A stretch of DNA of 63,436 nucleotides, the filler included, from Candidatus Desantisbacteria bacterium CG1_02_49_89 (GTDB taxonomy: Bacteria; Desantisbacteria; UBA1551): the NCBI GenBank assembly GCA_001871075.1. It is 5 parts of 5 records of this genome, joined end to end, with 100 filler letters (N's around TTAATTAATTAA, not from the genome) between each part and the next. Parts side by side here need not be neighbours in the genome. Positions count along the whole stretch, not along the records: positions 48,958 to 56,178 come from MNUP01000118.1; positions 56,279 to 63,436 come from MNUP01000076.1; 3 more parts are not named here. One strand, written 5' to 3'. Shown one piece after another: positions 49,035-59,251 of this stretch (position 1 is its first letter; each line of letters begins with the position of its first letter). The translations under genes and the position numbers were made by a program. The notes under the pieces were generated by a model. That model did not search any database, was not told where the DNA came from, and saw nothing but the letters and a program-made list of their open reading frames with translations.

Positions 49035-49409
49035 TGCTATTTATTCTATTATACAACAACATTTGGAGAAGAACCTTTTAAATTTACTATTCCCCGGGAT
49101 GAAATTGAAGCAATAGAAGGCAAATCTCCTGATGTTGCCGCTGGGTTAGGGTTACTTGGTTTTGGATGCGGACTCACATATGCACAGGATAAGGCAGGTG
49201 GTATTTTAGGACCTATTGAAATCGGTGCAATACTTGTTAGCGGATTAATGATGTGGGGGAGTGCAGGGTCGCAATACAGCTTTTTATTTATCTAATTTCC
49301 TGTGGCTATTGGAGTTCGGATTTTTGACATTACTTTCGCTCCTAAGGCAGTAGAAAGATACAATGAAAAACTTCAAGAAGAATATGGCATTCCTGTAAAG
49401 ATACCATAA
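49035..49409 (+). pseudogene. Frameshifted remnant of a small membrane protein
   Basis: KSPDVAAGLGLLGFGCG..YA in one frame continues as RIFDITFAPKAVERYNEKL in another frame (shift near 49295); no clear start codon. Confidence 0.45.
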
Positions 49410-49423
49410 ATGTCATACCCGGA

Positions 49424-49452
49424 TTGACTTTGAGCCGCTATGCCAATAGAAT
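49424..49452 (+). promoter_or_regulatory. Putative sigma70 promoter of the cstA operon
   Basis: TTGACT-17-TAGAAT. Confidence 0.55.
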
Positions 49453-49560
49453 ATAATGGAAGAAAATAGAACGCTCCTTTTCTAAGGTCGCAATTTGCTA
49501 CCTTAAAAAATTGAAGGTTGATTATTACTGGTTTTCGCTTAATCGATTGACGACTTTTTA

Positions 49561-49633
49561 TGTCATTGCGGGCAAAGCCCGTGGCAATCCCGTCGTTAAA
49601 AATGAAATTGCTTCACTATCGCTCGCAAAGACA
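49561..49633. repeat. GTCATTGCG-type palindromic element (empty allele)
   Basis: TGTCATTGCG..GGCAATC..ATTGCTTC..CGCAAAGACA. Confidence 0.75.
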
Positions 49634-49681
49634 GCTATCAAGGTATTATGCAATACTCAGTAAATGATTAAAGGGGGAGAC

Positions 49682-51322
49682 ATGAATTCACTTGTCGCGC
49701 TTTTGATCGGGGCTGGTGTTTCGCTGGTGGGTTATTTCGGCTATGCGAGATACATCGAGCAGAAGGTCATGAAAGTTGACGACAAAAAGGCGACACCTGC
49801 GACCCTGTATATGGACGGCGTGGACTTCATACCTACGAGCAAATACGTATTATTCGGGTATCAGTTCAAATCCATTGCCGCGCTTGGGCCTGTGGTGGGC
49901 CCTATAGTGGCGCTGCAGTGGGGATGGCTGCCCGCGATAGTGTGGCTTTTCCTTGGAACGTTGTTCCTCGGATGGGTGCAGGATTACGCGAGCGCGATCA
50001 TGGGCCTGAGGAAAGACGGGCAGTCGTTCGGCGCCCTTTCCTACCAGCTGATCTCGCCCAGGGCAAGGCTTGTATTGCTTGGCTTTATTTACTTCTACCT
50101 GCTGCTCATTGTGGCTGCTTTCGGGAGCATGGTCGCAACGATGATGGTAACCGCTCCGGCAATACCTACTGCGATAATAGCTTTAATGGTCCTGGGGATA
50201 GTGTCAGGACTTATGATCTACAAGGTGCACATGAACCTGATCCTTGTCACGATAATAATGGTGGTACTCTCCATTGTCAGCGTCTGGCTGGGCACGGTTT
50301 TTCCCGTTAAGGCGGGATTCCTTATCTGGGTGCTGTACGGCCTATTCTTCAGTTACCTGGGCGCGGTCCTTCCCATATGGAGCTACACCCAGCCCATCAA
50401 CTACATTTCTTTTTACCTAGTATTCATCGGGATCGTCGGCGCAAGCCTTGGCGTTCTGATAGGCCACCCTACCTTCTCAGCCCCTGCGTTCACTACTTTC
50501 AATATACCTGTCGGGCCGTTGTGGCCGATCCTTTTCGTAACTATCGCATGCGGAGCTGTGTCAGGCTGGCACAGCCTTGTTTCCAGCTCAGGCACCGCAA
50601 GGCAGCTTGAGAAAGAATCAGACGCCCGGCCTGTAACAGCCGGCGCGATGTTCCTTGAAATGATACTTGGGCTTCTCGCGCTTATATTCGCGGCTTCGTT
50701 CCCCGCGTTCGGGGGTTATCTTGCAAAACTCAAGGCAGCCGGGCCTGCAGGCGTGTTCGCGGAAGGAATGAGCAGTTTCCTCAACCATCTTGGCATACCG
50801 GTCGCGTTCGGGACGGCATTCGCCGGGGCGATGTTCGTGATACTGGCTATCACGGTCATGCAGCTCGTGGTAAGGTTCATGCGCATCGCTACAACCGAGC
50901 TTGTCGGGGACCATATCCCTATAGTGCGCAATGTCCACATCGGGACGATAATCTCGCTTGTTTTCGCGTTCCTGCTCATTTACACAGGCACGTGGCAGTA
51001 CATCTGGGTCCTGTTCGGCGGGTCCAACCAGCTGATGGCGTCGCTCGCTCTCCTGCTGATCTCCCTATGGCTCTTCTCTGAAAAGAAGCAGTTCATGTTC
51101 GCGTTCATCCCTATGCTGTTCATGTTCATAACCACGATCTCGGCGCTGTTCTTAACCTCAAGAGACCTTCTGAAAAAATTCATTAATATCACAGGCGTGC
51201 AGGCGAAAGCCGGAAACCTGATAAGCGCCCTTATAGGGATGTTTTTGATCGTGGCAGCGGTACTGCTTTTCGCGGACGGCCTTAAGGTGTTCTTCAAACC
51301 CAAAAAGAAAGTTGAAGCTTAA
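49682..51322 (+). CDS. cstA: Carbon starvation protein A family transporter
   Basis: TPA...DGVDF.P, GPVVGP, LFVTIACGAVSGWHSL, FGGSNQL; many TM helices. Confidence 0.93.
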   Translation: MNSLVALLIGAGVSLVGYFGYARYIEQKVMKVDDKKATPATLYMDGVDFIPTSKYVLFGYQFKSIAALGPVVGPIVALQWGWLPAIVWLFLGTLFLGWVQDYASAIMGLRKDGQSFGALSYQLISPRARLVLLGFIYFYLLLIVAAFGSMVATMMVTAPAIPTAIIALMVLGIVSGLMIYKVHMNLILVTIIMVVLSIVSVWLGTVFPVKAGFLIWVLYGLFFSYLGAVLPIWSYTQPINYISFYLVFIGIVGASLGVLIGHPTFSAPAFTTFNIPVGPLWPILFVTIACGAVSGWHSLVSSSGTARQLEKESDARPVTAGAMFLEMILGLLALIFAASFPAFGGYLAKLKAAGPAGVFAEGMSSFLNHLGIPVAFGTAFAGAMFVILAITVMQLVVRFMRIATTELVGDHIPIVRNVHIGTIISLVFAFLLIYTGTWQYIWVLFGGSNQLMASLALLLISLWLFSEKKQFMFAFIPMLFMFITTISALFLTSRDLLKKFINITGVQAKAGNLISALIGMFLIVAAVLLFADGLKVFFKPKKKVEA

Positions 51323-51329
51323 AAATCCG

Positions 51330-51408
51330 TAGCATCGTAACCTCGTAACATAGTAACATCGACAAACTGTTTGACGAACAACGATGTTACGATGCACGAT
51401 GTTACGAG
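51330..51408. repeat. 8-mer GTAACATC arrays, inverted
   Basis: GTAACATC-type units facing GATGTTAC units. Confidence 0.75.
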
Positions 51409-51425
51409 ATAAAAGAGGAGTGGTT

Positions 51426-51698
51426 ATGCAGGAAAAAAAGGAAAAGAAAGAAAAACTCGGGGATATAGCTAAGGAGTTTATCTACGGGATGGCGGCCCAC
51501 GACATGACGCGCTACGCTCTCAAAACCCGCTCCAGCATGGAGCACCTGTTCATACTCATCACTATGGGCGACCTGCTGGGCGTTCCGATACTGCCGCCTT
51601 ATTATTCTCTGCGGCTCCTGCCCTACGTCGTGCCGCAGATCTCCACCTGGAAGCGCAGGATGCTGCGCGAAAAAGACCTTACCGACGCTTTATTCTAA
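51426..51698 (+). CDS. Small CstA/ArsA-associated protein (cory-CC-star-like, no terminal CC)
   Basis: GAGGAG SD; EHLF....GDLLGVP...YYSLRLLPY......WKRR motif; position between cstA and the ATPases. Confidence 0.7.
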   Translation: MQEKKEKKEKLGDIAKEFIYGMAAHDMTRYALKTRSSMEHLFILITMGDLLGVPILPPYYSLRLLPYVVPQISTWKRRMLREKDLTDALF

Positions 51699-51704
51699 AT
51701 TACA

Positions 51705-51773
51705 TTGCAAATTGTAAATTGTAAATTTAAAAACAATTTGACTTTTGCAATTTGAAATTTGAAATTTGAAATT
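51705..51773. repeat. 7-mer arrays (AAATTGT / ATTTGAA), inverted
   Basis: Three to four units per arm. Confidence 0.8.
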
Positions 51774-51791
51774 CGGTTAAAGGAAAAAAAT

Positions 51792-52769
51792 ATGGCTTTA
51801 GTTGATTTTTTCACCGAATGTCCTGATATACGGTATATAATGTACGGGGGCAAAGGCGGGCTGGGCAAAACCACCTTCTCCGCAGCCACCGCGTATTACC
51901 TGGCAAAAAAGGGGTTCAAGGTCCTTATATTCTCGGTTGACCCGCAGGCATCCTTAAGCGATATATTCGCCAGGAAGATCTTCGGCCAGGGAGAGGTTGA
52001 GATAATGCCCAATCTCTACGCCTGCGAGGTGGACGCTGACAAAAGGATAAAAGCCTACGGCGACGAGATCAGAAAAAAGATAATGGATATGTACGGGTTT
52101 GAAACAATGCCTGAAGAGATAGAGAACTACATGAAGGCGGCAAGCGCGGAGCCGGCAATGGAAGAAAGCGCCATTTTCGACGCGGTGGTTGACATAGTAA
52201 CAAAGGGCGGCTACGACTACTACATCTACGATCTGGTGCCGCTGGGCCACGCCCTCTACTACCTTTCGATGACTTCCGTGTATGACGCCTGGATAAACAA
52301 GATCTCGGCCCTGCGCTACGAGATGGGGAAATACGACAAGGTTGTCGCGACTGTCCAGAGCAAGAAGGAAACAGCAGAGGACAAGATACTGGAAGAACTG
52401 CTATATATAAAGGAAAGGATAAACGCCTCTTCAAGGATACTTACTGACCCAAAGCTGACCGCTTTCTTTTTCGTGCTGACACCCGAAGAGATGATAATAC
52501 TTGACACCGCGAAGGCGGCTGAGCTTTTCGCGAAGTTCAACGTGCCGATACGGGGGTTCATAGTGAACCGCGTCATACCGAAGAAGCTCGCCAGCGAGAA
52601 TATCCCCCAGTATCTCAGGAACAGGATACAGATGCAGGAAGGGCTTCTCGCGAGGATAGACTCGCAGTTCGGCAGTAAGGTAATGGGATGCGTCCCGGAG
52701 CTGGACAGAGATGTGCGCGGGCTTGAAATGATCGAAAAGATGGCGAAGGAAATGTTTGGCAAAAGATGA
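51792..52769 (+). CDS. ArsA/Get3-family ATPase, subunit 1
   Basis: GGKGGLGKTT, SVDP, VNR; switch II reads DLVPLGH. Confidence 0.9.
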   Translation: MALVDFFTECPDIRYIMYGGKGGLGKTTFSAATAYYLAKKGFKVLIFSVDPQASLSDIFARKIFGQGEVEIMPNLYACEVDADKRIKAYGDEIRKKIMDMYGFETMPEEIENYMKAASAEPAMEESAIFDAVVDIVTKGGYDYYIYDLVPLGHALYYLSMTSVYDAWINKISALRYEMGKYDKVVATVQSKKETAEDKILEELLYIKERINASSRILTDPKLTAFFFVLTPEEMIILDTAKAAELFAKFNVPIRGFIVNRVIPKKLASENIPQYLRNRIQMQEGLLARIDSQFGSKVMGCVPELDRDVRGLEMIEKMAKEMFGKR

Positions 52770-52848
52770 TTACGGTGATTTCAAAAGAGATTACGGTGAT
52801 TATTTAAAATTGATTGCGGTGTTTAAAACAAAACTATAAAGAGGAAGT

Positions 52849-53820
52849 ATGGATAAAATAGAAAAAAGTCTTGCAGGATACCTGAAGGAAAAGCCGAACC
52901 TTAAATACATATTCTTCGGCGGCAAAGGCGGGGTCGGAAAAACCGTGATGGCAGGGGCTTTTGCCCTTGCAATGGCAAAATTGGGAAAGAAAGTAATGCT
53001 CGCCTCCACTAACCCGGTCCACAGCCTTTCAAGCCTCCTGGACATGAAGCTTGACGGCGTCACGCAGGCGCGCGAGAACCTGGCAGTCTACGAGATAGAC
53101 ACAACCCAGACCATTGCAAGGATGAAGCAGGAAATAAGCGAGAAGATACGGTGGTTTTTGAAATTCGCGGATATTTCTCTGAAGGCGGATGATTTCGTCG
53201 AGACCGCTACACTGAATCCGGCGTTTGAGGAATCAGCCATGTTCGAGAACATGGTCAACCTGATATTTGAGAACAAATACGAAGTCTACGTGTTTGACAC
53301 AGCCCCTACCGCGAACGCGCGCAGGCTCTTAGGCATGTCAAAGGTCTATACCCTTTGGGTGAACAAGATGCTTCAAAGCAGGAAGGAAGCCACTTCTTTG
53401 CGGAAGGTGCTTTCTTTCAGGAAAAAGGAGGAGAAGGACCCGCTTATGGAATACCTGCTCTCGTTCCAGGGCAGGATCCAGCAGGCAAAAGAACTGCTTT
53501 CAAACCCTGACCTTACATCCTTCTTCTTCATCACCCTGCCGGAAGCGCTGCCTATAGCGGTCATAAAAAGGTTCATCGAGTGGTTCAGGGAATTCGGGAT
53601 ACCAGTGGGCGGCGTGATCGTGAACGAGCTGATAGAAATGAAGGAAGCCAGCGGCACCCCGGAATTCGTGCTGAACCGCGTCAAGATGCAGAAAGAATAC
53701 ATGCAGGTCATTTACCAGGATTTCCCTGATCTCCGCGCGATCGTTCCACTGTTTGAACAGGAAGTGACGGGCTTTGAAATGCTTGACCGCGTCGCCGAGC
53801 GCCTATTTTCAACCGCATAG
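52849..53820 (+). CDS. ArsA/Get3-family ATPase, subunit 2
   Basis: GGKGGVGKT, STNPVHSL, DTAPTAN. Confidence 0.9.
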   Translation: MDKIEKSLAGYLKEKPNLKYIFFGGKGGVGKTVMAGAFALAMAKLGKKVMLASTNPVHSLSSLLDMKLDGVTQARENLAVYEIDTTQTIARMKQEISEKIRWFLKFADISLKADDFVETATLNPAFEESAMFENMVNLIFENKYEVYVFDTAPTANARRLLGMSKVYTLWVNKMLQSRKEATSLRKVLSFRKKEEKDPLMEYLLSFQGRIQQAKELLSNPDLTSFFFITLPEALPIAVIKRFIEWFREFGIPVGGVIVNELIEMKEASGTPEFVLNRVKMQKEYMQVIYQDFPDLRAIVPLFEQEVTGFEMLDRVAERLFSTA

Positions 53821-53988
53821 AAATCACCACGGAGGCACGGAGGCACAGAGAAAAATCTGGCTTTGACAAATTACTGCCTTTTAACCACGAATTAACACGG
53901 ATTTCCACAGATTTTAAACTTTGTAAGCTGCATCTTCTTTTAACTTGTCCTGAAAGCCATATGCTATATGCCATGTGCTATATGCGGC

Positions 53989-54576
53989 TTATTTCCTGCG
54001 GACCTGGTACCTGATGATCGTAACATAATCCTTCGGCTTTGAAAACATCGATTCAGGGCCTTTCAGGTATTCCTCCTCGTGAAGCCCCGCTATCTTGTAT
54101 CCCTTCTCCGCGATGAACTTCTGAAGCTTTTCGATTGTAGGAGTTTCCTCACCGTAAGATCCCAGGTGCAGTATTTCCGCGACATCTCCGTATTCCCAGG
54201 CTTCTATTTTCACACCTTCAGGCGCTTTCGCGGGCAGGCTCGCGTTATCCGGCACAGGCAGGCCGTAATACCCGGTAAATTCTTCTTTTGATATGCTGTC
54301 AGGCACGATCCACCTTGCGCGCGGCGCAACCGCCTTGTTCTTGACGTACTTCATGCTGAAAAATGTCTTGTACAGCTTCCCGAAAGTTTCCTTCCCCACT
54401 TTATTTGGGTCTCCCTTCAGCTCGATCACCAGCATGTTTTGCTTCTCCATACTGCTTATCTGCGGGTCTTTCAGGGAATTATACTTGCTCAGATCCCTGG
54501 GCGGCCCTCCCATAAATAAAATACCGACCACCACCGCAACCACCGCGACAACTACCCACACCCATGCTTTTTTCAT
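53989..54576 (-). CDS. Membrane-anchored GyrI-like domain protein
   Basis: N-terminal TM helix; ILHLGSY.EE..TI, HEEEYL, TIIRY. Confidence 0.82.
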   Translation of the reverse strand: MKKAWVWVVVAVVAVVVGILFMGGPPRDLSKYNSLKDPQISSMEKQNMLVIELKGDPNKVGKETFGKLYKTFFSMKYVKNKAVAPRARWIVPDSISKEEFTGYYGLPVPDNASLPAKAPEGVKIEAWEYGDVAEILHLGSYGEETPTIEKLQKFIAEKGYKIAGLHEEEYLKGPESMFSKPKDYVTIIRYQVRRK

Positions 54577-54720
54577 TTTACCTTCCTTTCAAAAAAAAGT
54601 TTATAAAGTTTACAGAGTTTGCATAGTTTACAAAGTAGAATCCGTGCTAATCCGTGGTAATCCGTGGTTGCAAAAGTAGTTTATAGAGTTTACAAAGTCG
54701 ACAAGTAAGTATTATCTGTG

Positions 54721-54787
54721 CCGTAGGGTCATCGATTCGGTTCTGACCCGAAGGTCCCTGCATAGAGCTGCGTAGCAGCTGCAGGGG
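54721..54787. mobile_element. 67-nt mini-element, copy 3
   Basis: Sits in ATCTGTG^GATATCCGTGG. Confidence 0.8.
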
Positions 54788-54821
54788 GATATCCGTGGCT
54801 GACCGAAGGTTTCGTGCTTTC

Positions 54822-54873
54822 CTCGCCCATCCTTTCAGGTGGGCGAAGTCTCGCCCGCTGAAAGACGGGCGGA
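54822..54873. repeat. 52-nt double-hairpin module
   Basis: Identical to 37476-37527; sits in TTCGTGCTTTC^GTGATTTCG. Confidence 0.85.
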
Positions 54874-54942
54874 GTGATTTCGTTGAGCGGGAAGCGAAAC
54901 CCCCGCGTTAGCCCGATAACGGGCTGTGGGGGTGGAAATCTT

Positions 54943-55935
54943 CTACTTTTGCATTAAGAGATATGCTTCTTCCTCTGTGTCCGCTATCTTTGTCAGCACC
55001 CCGCCGCATTTTTTCCCGTCGTATTTTACCGCGCTTCTGCACAGCTCTATTATAAGTTCTCCTGACCTGGCAAACAGCACTCCTGCTTCCACCCATCCCG
55101 CCTTATCGTATTTTTCACCCAGTTTTTCCAGCAATTCTGCCTGCTTGAAGCGCAACCCGTTACACTCTTGCAAGTCCTCAGGCACAAGCGGCGGGGTCAT
55201 TCCCGCGTAAGCCGCCATATGCCTGAAGCACTCTTTATCATCCCAGCCCGGAATCTCCTTTGCCAGCTTGCGCATAGCCGGTATCCCAAGCATGCTGATA
55301 GGCGGGTTCAGCATCCTTTCTGCTTTATGCTTCAGCCCTTTTTCCGCTGCTTCCAGTTCGCTTGGCAGCTTGCCCGGCAGCTCTCGCAAGGTCCTTATCG
55401 TGTTCTTTTTGCTCATTCCCGGTACTTTAACGTCCAGCGACCTCATAAGGTCAGCGTATGCCACTTCCTGCACCTTGTCATAGGTGCAGTCATGGATGAA
55501 ATACTTTTCTTTTTCATCGTCATAGCCGACTATCAGAACGTAGTGTATCGGCACGTGGATCTTTTTATACAGCCCCGGATAATAATGCAGGTAAAACATA
55601 TCCAGGGCTCCTGCCATAACCGGTTCGCCGCTATCAATTGACTCCTTCATCTTCTGCGATACAGCTTTCCATGCCCTTCCCTCATTTGTTTCCAGCTTAA
55701 AACCCAGGATATCGCTTAATTCTTTTAGCAGGTACTTCGGGTTGTTGCCCCAGTAAACCATCATCGGCGGTTTTGCCATCTTGAACTTCAGGTAACCGAA
55801 TCCTGCCATGCCGCCTATTATGGGCAGGAGGAAATATTCGTATTCCCCGCCCTTCCACGCCAGTATGTCATATAGCCCGTTAACGTAGCAGGTTGACCCG
55901 TGCTTCGCGTGCGGCAGTTCCAGCAGTTTCTTCAT
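54943..55935 (-). CDS. BtrH-N / DUF4872-like protein (papain-like fold)
   Basis: N-terminal Cys (STC), PV....DMFYLHY, HYVLIVGYD, D. Confidence 0.75.
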   Translation of the reverse strand: MKKLLELPHAKHGSTCYVNGLYDILAWKGGEYEYFLLPIIGGMAGFGYLKFKMAKPPMMVYWGNNPKYLLKELSDILGFKLETNEGRAWKAVSQKMKESIDSGEPVMAGALDMFYLHYYPGLYKKIHVPIHYVLIVGYDDEKEKYFIHDCTYDKVQEVAYADLMRSLDVKVPGMSKKNTIRTLRELPGKLPSELEAAEKGLKHKAERMLNPPISMLGIPAMRKLAKEIPGWDDKECFRHMAAYAGMTPPLVPEDLQECNGLRFKQAELLEKLGEKYDKAGWVEAGVLFARSGELIIELCRSAVKYDGKKCGGVLTKIADTEEEAYLLMQK

Positions 55936-55995
55936 AGGCGAAAGCGACCTCTTTGCGGCCAGTGGATTTTGAGTCAGGCACGTATACCAGTTCCG

Positions 55996-56136
55996 TCACT
56001 CCGGCATTGTTAAGAAAACATCTGCGATTGCTGCATGGCCCTGCATGGCAAGGTGGGAGGCAAAAGTGTGGCGAAGGTCATGGAAGCGGAAGTTTGTAAT
56101 GCCTGCTTTCTTTAGCGTGTTTTTGATTTTCTGCAT
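55996..56136 (-). pseudogene. Tyrosine recombinase C-terminal fragment
   Basis: [25 protein letters not shown]; in-frame stop directly upstream; no catalytic Tyr segment. Confidence 0.8.
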
Positions 56137-56178
56137 TTATATTCCGCCAATTGTCCCATTGTTTCATACCGAATTTTG

Positions 56179-56278
56179 NNNNNNNNNNNNNNNNNNNNNN
56201 NNNNNNNNNNNNNNNNNNNNNNTTAATTAATTAANNNNNNNNNNNNNNNNNNNNNNNNNNNNNNNNNNNNNNNNNNNN
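56179..56278. other. Artificial contig linker
   Basis: N-run with TTAATTAATTAA. Confidence 0.98.
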
Positions 56279-57320
56279 GCATCGGGTCCTTTATATCTCC
56301 TATAACCGTCCTGAACTGCAGGACGGGATAATTCCTTTTTAGGTCAATTTCGATAAAATAAACATCGTTCTCATTATGGTCAAGCATTATCAGGCGGGCG
56401 GGACCGAAACCCGAAACCTGCCTGCATATCTCTGAACCTATAGAACCACCCGCTCCCGTGACAAGTATCACCTTGTTCTGCAGGAAATTCCTCGCGTCAT
56501 CGCTGTTGATCTCAACCATTTCCCTCCCGAGCAGGTCCTCGGGCTTCACACTGCGCAGATCCGCGAAAGAAACGCCGCCCTGCAGGATCTTGGGGATTTC
56601 CGGGACTATCTTCAACTCGACTTTTGCCTTCTGGCAATAATTAACGATCTCCCTTATCACTTTCCCCGGAGCAGAAGAGATAGCGATTATAACCTCATTT
56701 ATGCCTTCCCTTGCAACAATCGAAGGTATGTTTTCCCTTGTTCCCAGGACCTTCAGGTTATGTATTCTTTTTCCCGTCTTCCCGGGATCATCGTCAACAA
56801 AACCAACCGGTTTGTAACCCAACTCGGGATGCTTTTTTATTTCTCTTATTACCAGTTCTCCCGTATCCCCGGCTCCGATTATCAGCAGGCGTTTTAGCGC
56901 TTTTGACGTTCTTGTCCCCATATCCTTGCGTACCCTGGGAATAAATCTTATGCCCCCGATAAAAAGAAGATTAAGGAACCAATCGATTATTATTACTGAT
57001 CTGGGAAGCAGGGGCATCCGCAAAACCAGCGGCACTTGCGTAAAGAAAATAAGGCTTATTGAAGCCAGAGAACCTATTGTAACCGCGTAAAAAATAAAGA
57101 GCGCTTCGCTCAAGCCTGCGTATTGCCATATTCCGCCGTATAACCCAAAAATGTAATATGAAAATATTTTGACAAGAATAAAGAAGGGAAGATACTTCTT
57201 AAAGGCGACGAAGTTCGGGAGCGTGATAAAATCCGGGAAACGGATCCGAAAAGCCAGCACTATCGCAAGGATTAGCAGCGCGAAATCAACTGCCACCAAC
57301 AGAAAATTTTTGTTTTTCAT
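56279..57320 (-). CDS. CapD/PglF-type nucleotide-sugar dehydratase (3' truncated)
   Basis: Four TMs, LIIGAG..G, GFVDDD, EDLLGR, VTGAGGSIGSEI. Confidence 0.92.
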
Positions 57321-57339
57321 TTTTACCTTCCGACTGCGT

Positions 57340-58137
57340 TCAACCGGCGTATCCGACCGCGTATATTACCTTGAAGTCCGGGTTCGGAGAACTGCTGCTG
57401 ATATGCACAGGCAAGGAATATTCCGCCATACCTTCCGTCACTTCGGAAGGCAGGATCTGCAGCCTGCCGAAAAAGATCCTTTTCAGTAATTCTTTCCCTT
57501 TCATGGTCCTGGGTATTATATGAAGGGAAACAGCCAGCCTTTTTATCATAGAAATGATCTTGCCGCGCGTGGTATCGTCTGTAGTCCTGAAAGCGCCGAA
57601 AAAATTCACGTTGCCGAAATTCCCAAATAATTTGTTTAGTTCCGGGACGGAGAAATATTTTGTGCTATACGGCGAAGGATTGAAATCAGTCCAGTCTTTG
57701 TTAACCGTGCAAAAAAGAAAGGCCCCGCCTTTCCTGAGAACGCGGTGCGCTTCACTGACGAATTTTTCAGGATCTTTCAGATAATAGATCGCTTCATAGA
57801 ATATAACCGCGTCAAAGCTGCCGTTATCAAAAGGCAGCTGGTGCGCATCCAGCTGCTTTATCTCGATATTTTGCCTCCCCTTGTATCGCTCCCGCGCAAA
57901 GGCAAGGTTATTCTCATCGATATCCCCGCCGATGACTTTTACTGCGTTCTTTGCAAGATACCCCAGCCCTATGCCCGAACCGCACGCAACCTCAAGGACT
58001 TCCTTACCCGTGCAGAACTGTGCGGCAAAATGGTAGCGGTGGAAAAGCCTTTCTATCTGCTCTCTTGAAGCTTTTAAGCCCGGCAGTTCGGTTACAGTAA
58101 AATATTTTGATCCCTGAACTGGTGTTTCCTGGCTCAT
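57340..58137 (-). CDS. Class I SAM-dependent methyltransferase
   Basis: RY.FA, VLEVACGSG, LPF...SFD, RVLRKGG. Confidence 0.9.
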   Translation of the reverse strand: MSQETPVQGSKYFTVTELPGLKASREQIERLFHRYHFAAQFCTGKEVLEVACGSGIGLGYLAKNAVKVIGGDIDENNLAFARERYKGRQNIEIKQLDAHQLPFDNGSFDAVIFYEAIYYLKDPEKFVSEAHRVLRKGGAFLFCTVNKDWTDFNPSPYSTKYFSVPELNKLFGNFGNVNFFGAFRTTDDTTRGKIISMIKRLAVSLHIIPRTMKGKELLKRIFFGRLQILPSEVTEGMAEYSLPVHISSSSPNPDFKVIYAVGYAG

Positions 58138-59240
58138 TTGTAGAAATCCTTTATTTCACGTATCACATATTGGACCTGTTCATCAGTGAGTTCCGGAATA
58201 TTTGGTATCGATATAACTTCTTTCGCGAACTGCTCCGTGTTTGGAAGCCTGAAATGCGATAACCCAAGCGCCTTCTGGTGATGAACAGGAATAGGATTGG
58301 AAATTATTATCTCCACGCCATTTTCCTTCAGGTATAAAGCAAGCTCATCCCTCTTATCTGCCCTGATCACATAATTCTGGTAGATATCGAAATACCTTCG
58401 GTCTGAGCCGGGGGAAGGCGGAAGCTTAACACGCTTTGTTCCCTTTAATCCTTTGTCGTAAAGTCCGGCTATATGCCTCCTTCTTTTTATCCAGCCCGGC
58501 AGGTATCTGAATTTAACGTTCAGTATCGCGGCCTGAAGGTTGTCAAGGCGGCTGGTAAAACCGTAGCATACCACTTCATCTTTCCCCTTCCTGCCGTGAT
58601 CCCTCAGGAACCGGATCTTTTCCGCAAGATCCGCGCTGTCGGTTGATACAAGGCCTCCGTCACCCGCAGCTCCCAGTATCTTTGCGGGATAAAAACTGAA
58701 ACATCCCGCAAGACCGAATGAACCGCCCTTCTTCCCGCTGAATGTCGCGCCCAGCGCCTGCGCGGAATCTTCGATAATTATCAGGTTATGTTTTTCGGCA
58801 ATTTTCATTATTTTTTCCATATCGCAGACGCGGCCGTTAAAATGAACGGGCAGAATAGCCCTTGTTCTGGGAGTGATCAACTGCTCGATCTTATCGGCAT
58901 CCATATTGAAGTCTTCACCCACATCCGCCAGTACCGGCGTTGCCCCGCTGTGGACAACGGCTTCTATCGTGGCCACGAAGGTATGCGCCACCGTGATGAC
59001 CTCATCCCCGGGCTTGATCCCCGCTGCCATAAGGCAGAATATCAAAGCGTCCGTGCAGCTGTTGACGCCGATCCCGTATTTTACGCCCAGGAATGAAGCC
59101 ATGCTATTCTCAAAATCCAGCATCTGCCGGCGCATTATCAGATCACCCCTGGAAAGCACTTCTTTTATTGCCGCGTCTATTTCTTTCTCCATGTTCTTAT
59201 AATGCAGCGGGTAATTAACAAAAGGTACTTTGTAAACCAT
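58134..59240 (-). CDS. DegT/DnrJ/EryC1/StrS aminotransferase
   Basis: IEDSAQA, SFYPAKILG..GDGG, SRLDNLQAA. Confidence 0.95.
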   Translation of the reverse strand: MVYKVPFVNYPLHYKNMEKEIDAAIKEVLSRGDLIMRRQMLDFENSMASFLGVKYGIGVNSCTDALIFCLMAAGIKPGDEVITVAHTFVATIEAVVHSGATPVLADVGEDFNMDADKIEQLITPRTRAILPVHFNGRVCDMEKIMKIAEKHNLIIIEDSAQALGATFSGKKGGSFGLAGCFSFYPAKILGAAGDGGLVSTDSADLAEKIRFLRDHGRKGKDEVVCYGFTSRLDNLQAAILNVKFRYLPGWIKRRRHIAGLYDKGLKGTKRVKLPPSPGSDRRYFDIYQNYVIRADKRDELALYLKENGVEIIISNPIPVHHQKALGLSHFRLPNTEQFAKEVISIPNIPELTDEQVQYVIREIKDFYK

Positions 59241-59251
59241 GCGATGCTCCT

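Noticed and set aside
49483-49505. Palindrome AAGGTCGCAATTTGCTACCTT upstream of cstA as an operator
   Set aside because: Single imperfect copy; cannot be distinguished from another repeat class or a gene remnant.
51792-53820. Arsenic resistance operon
   Set aside because: No arsB/acr3, arsC, arsD or arsR, and the context is cstA.
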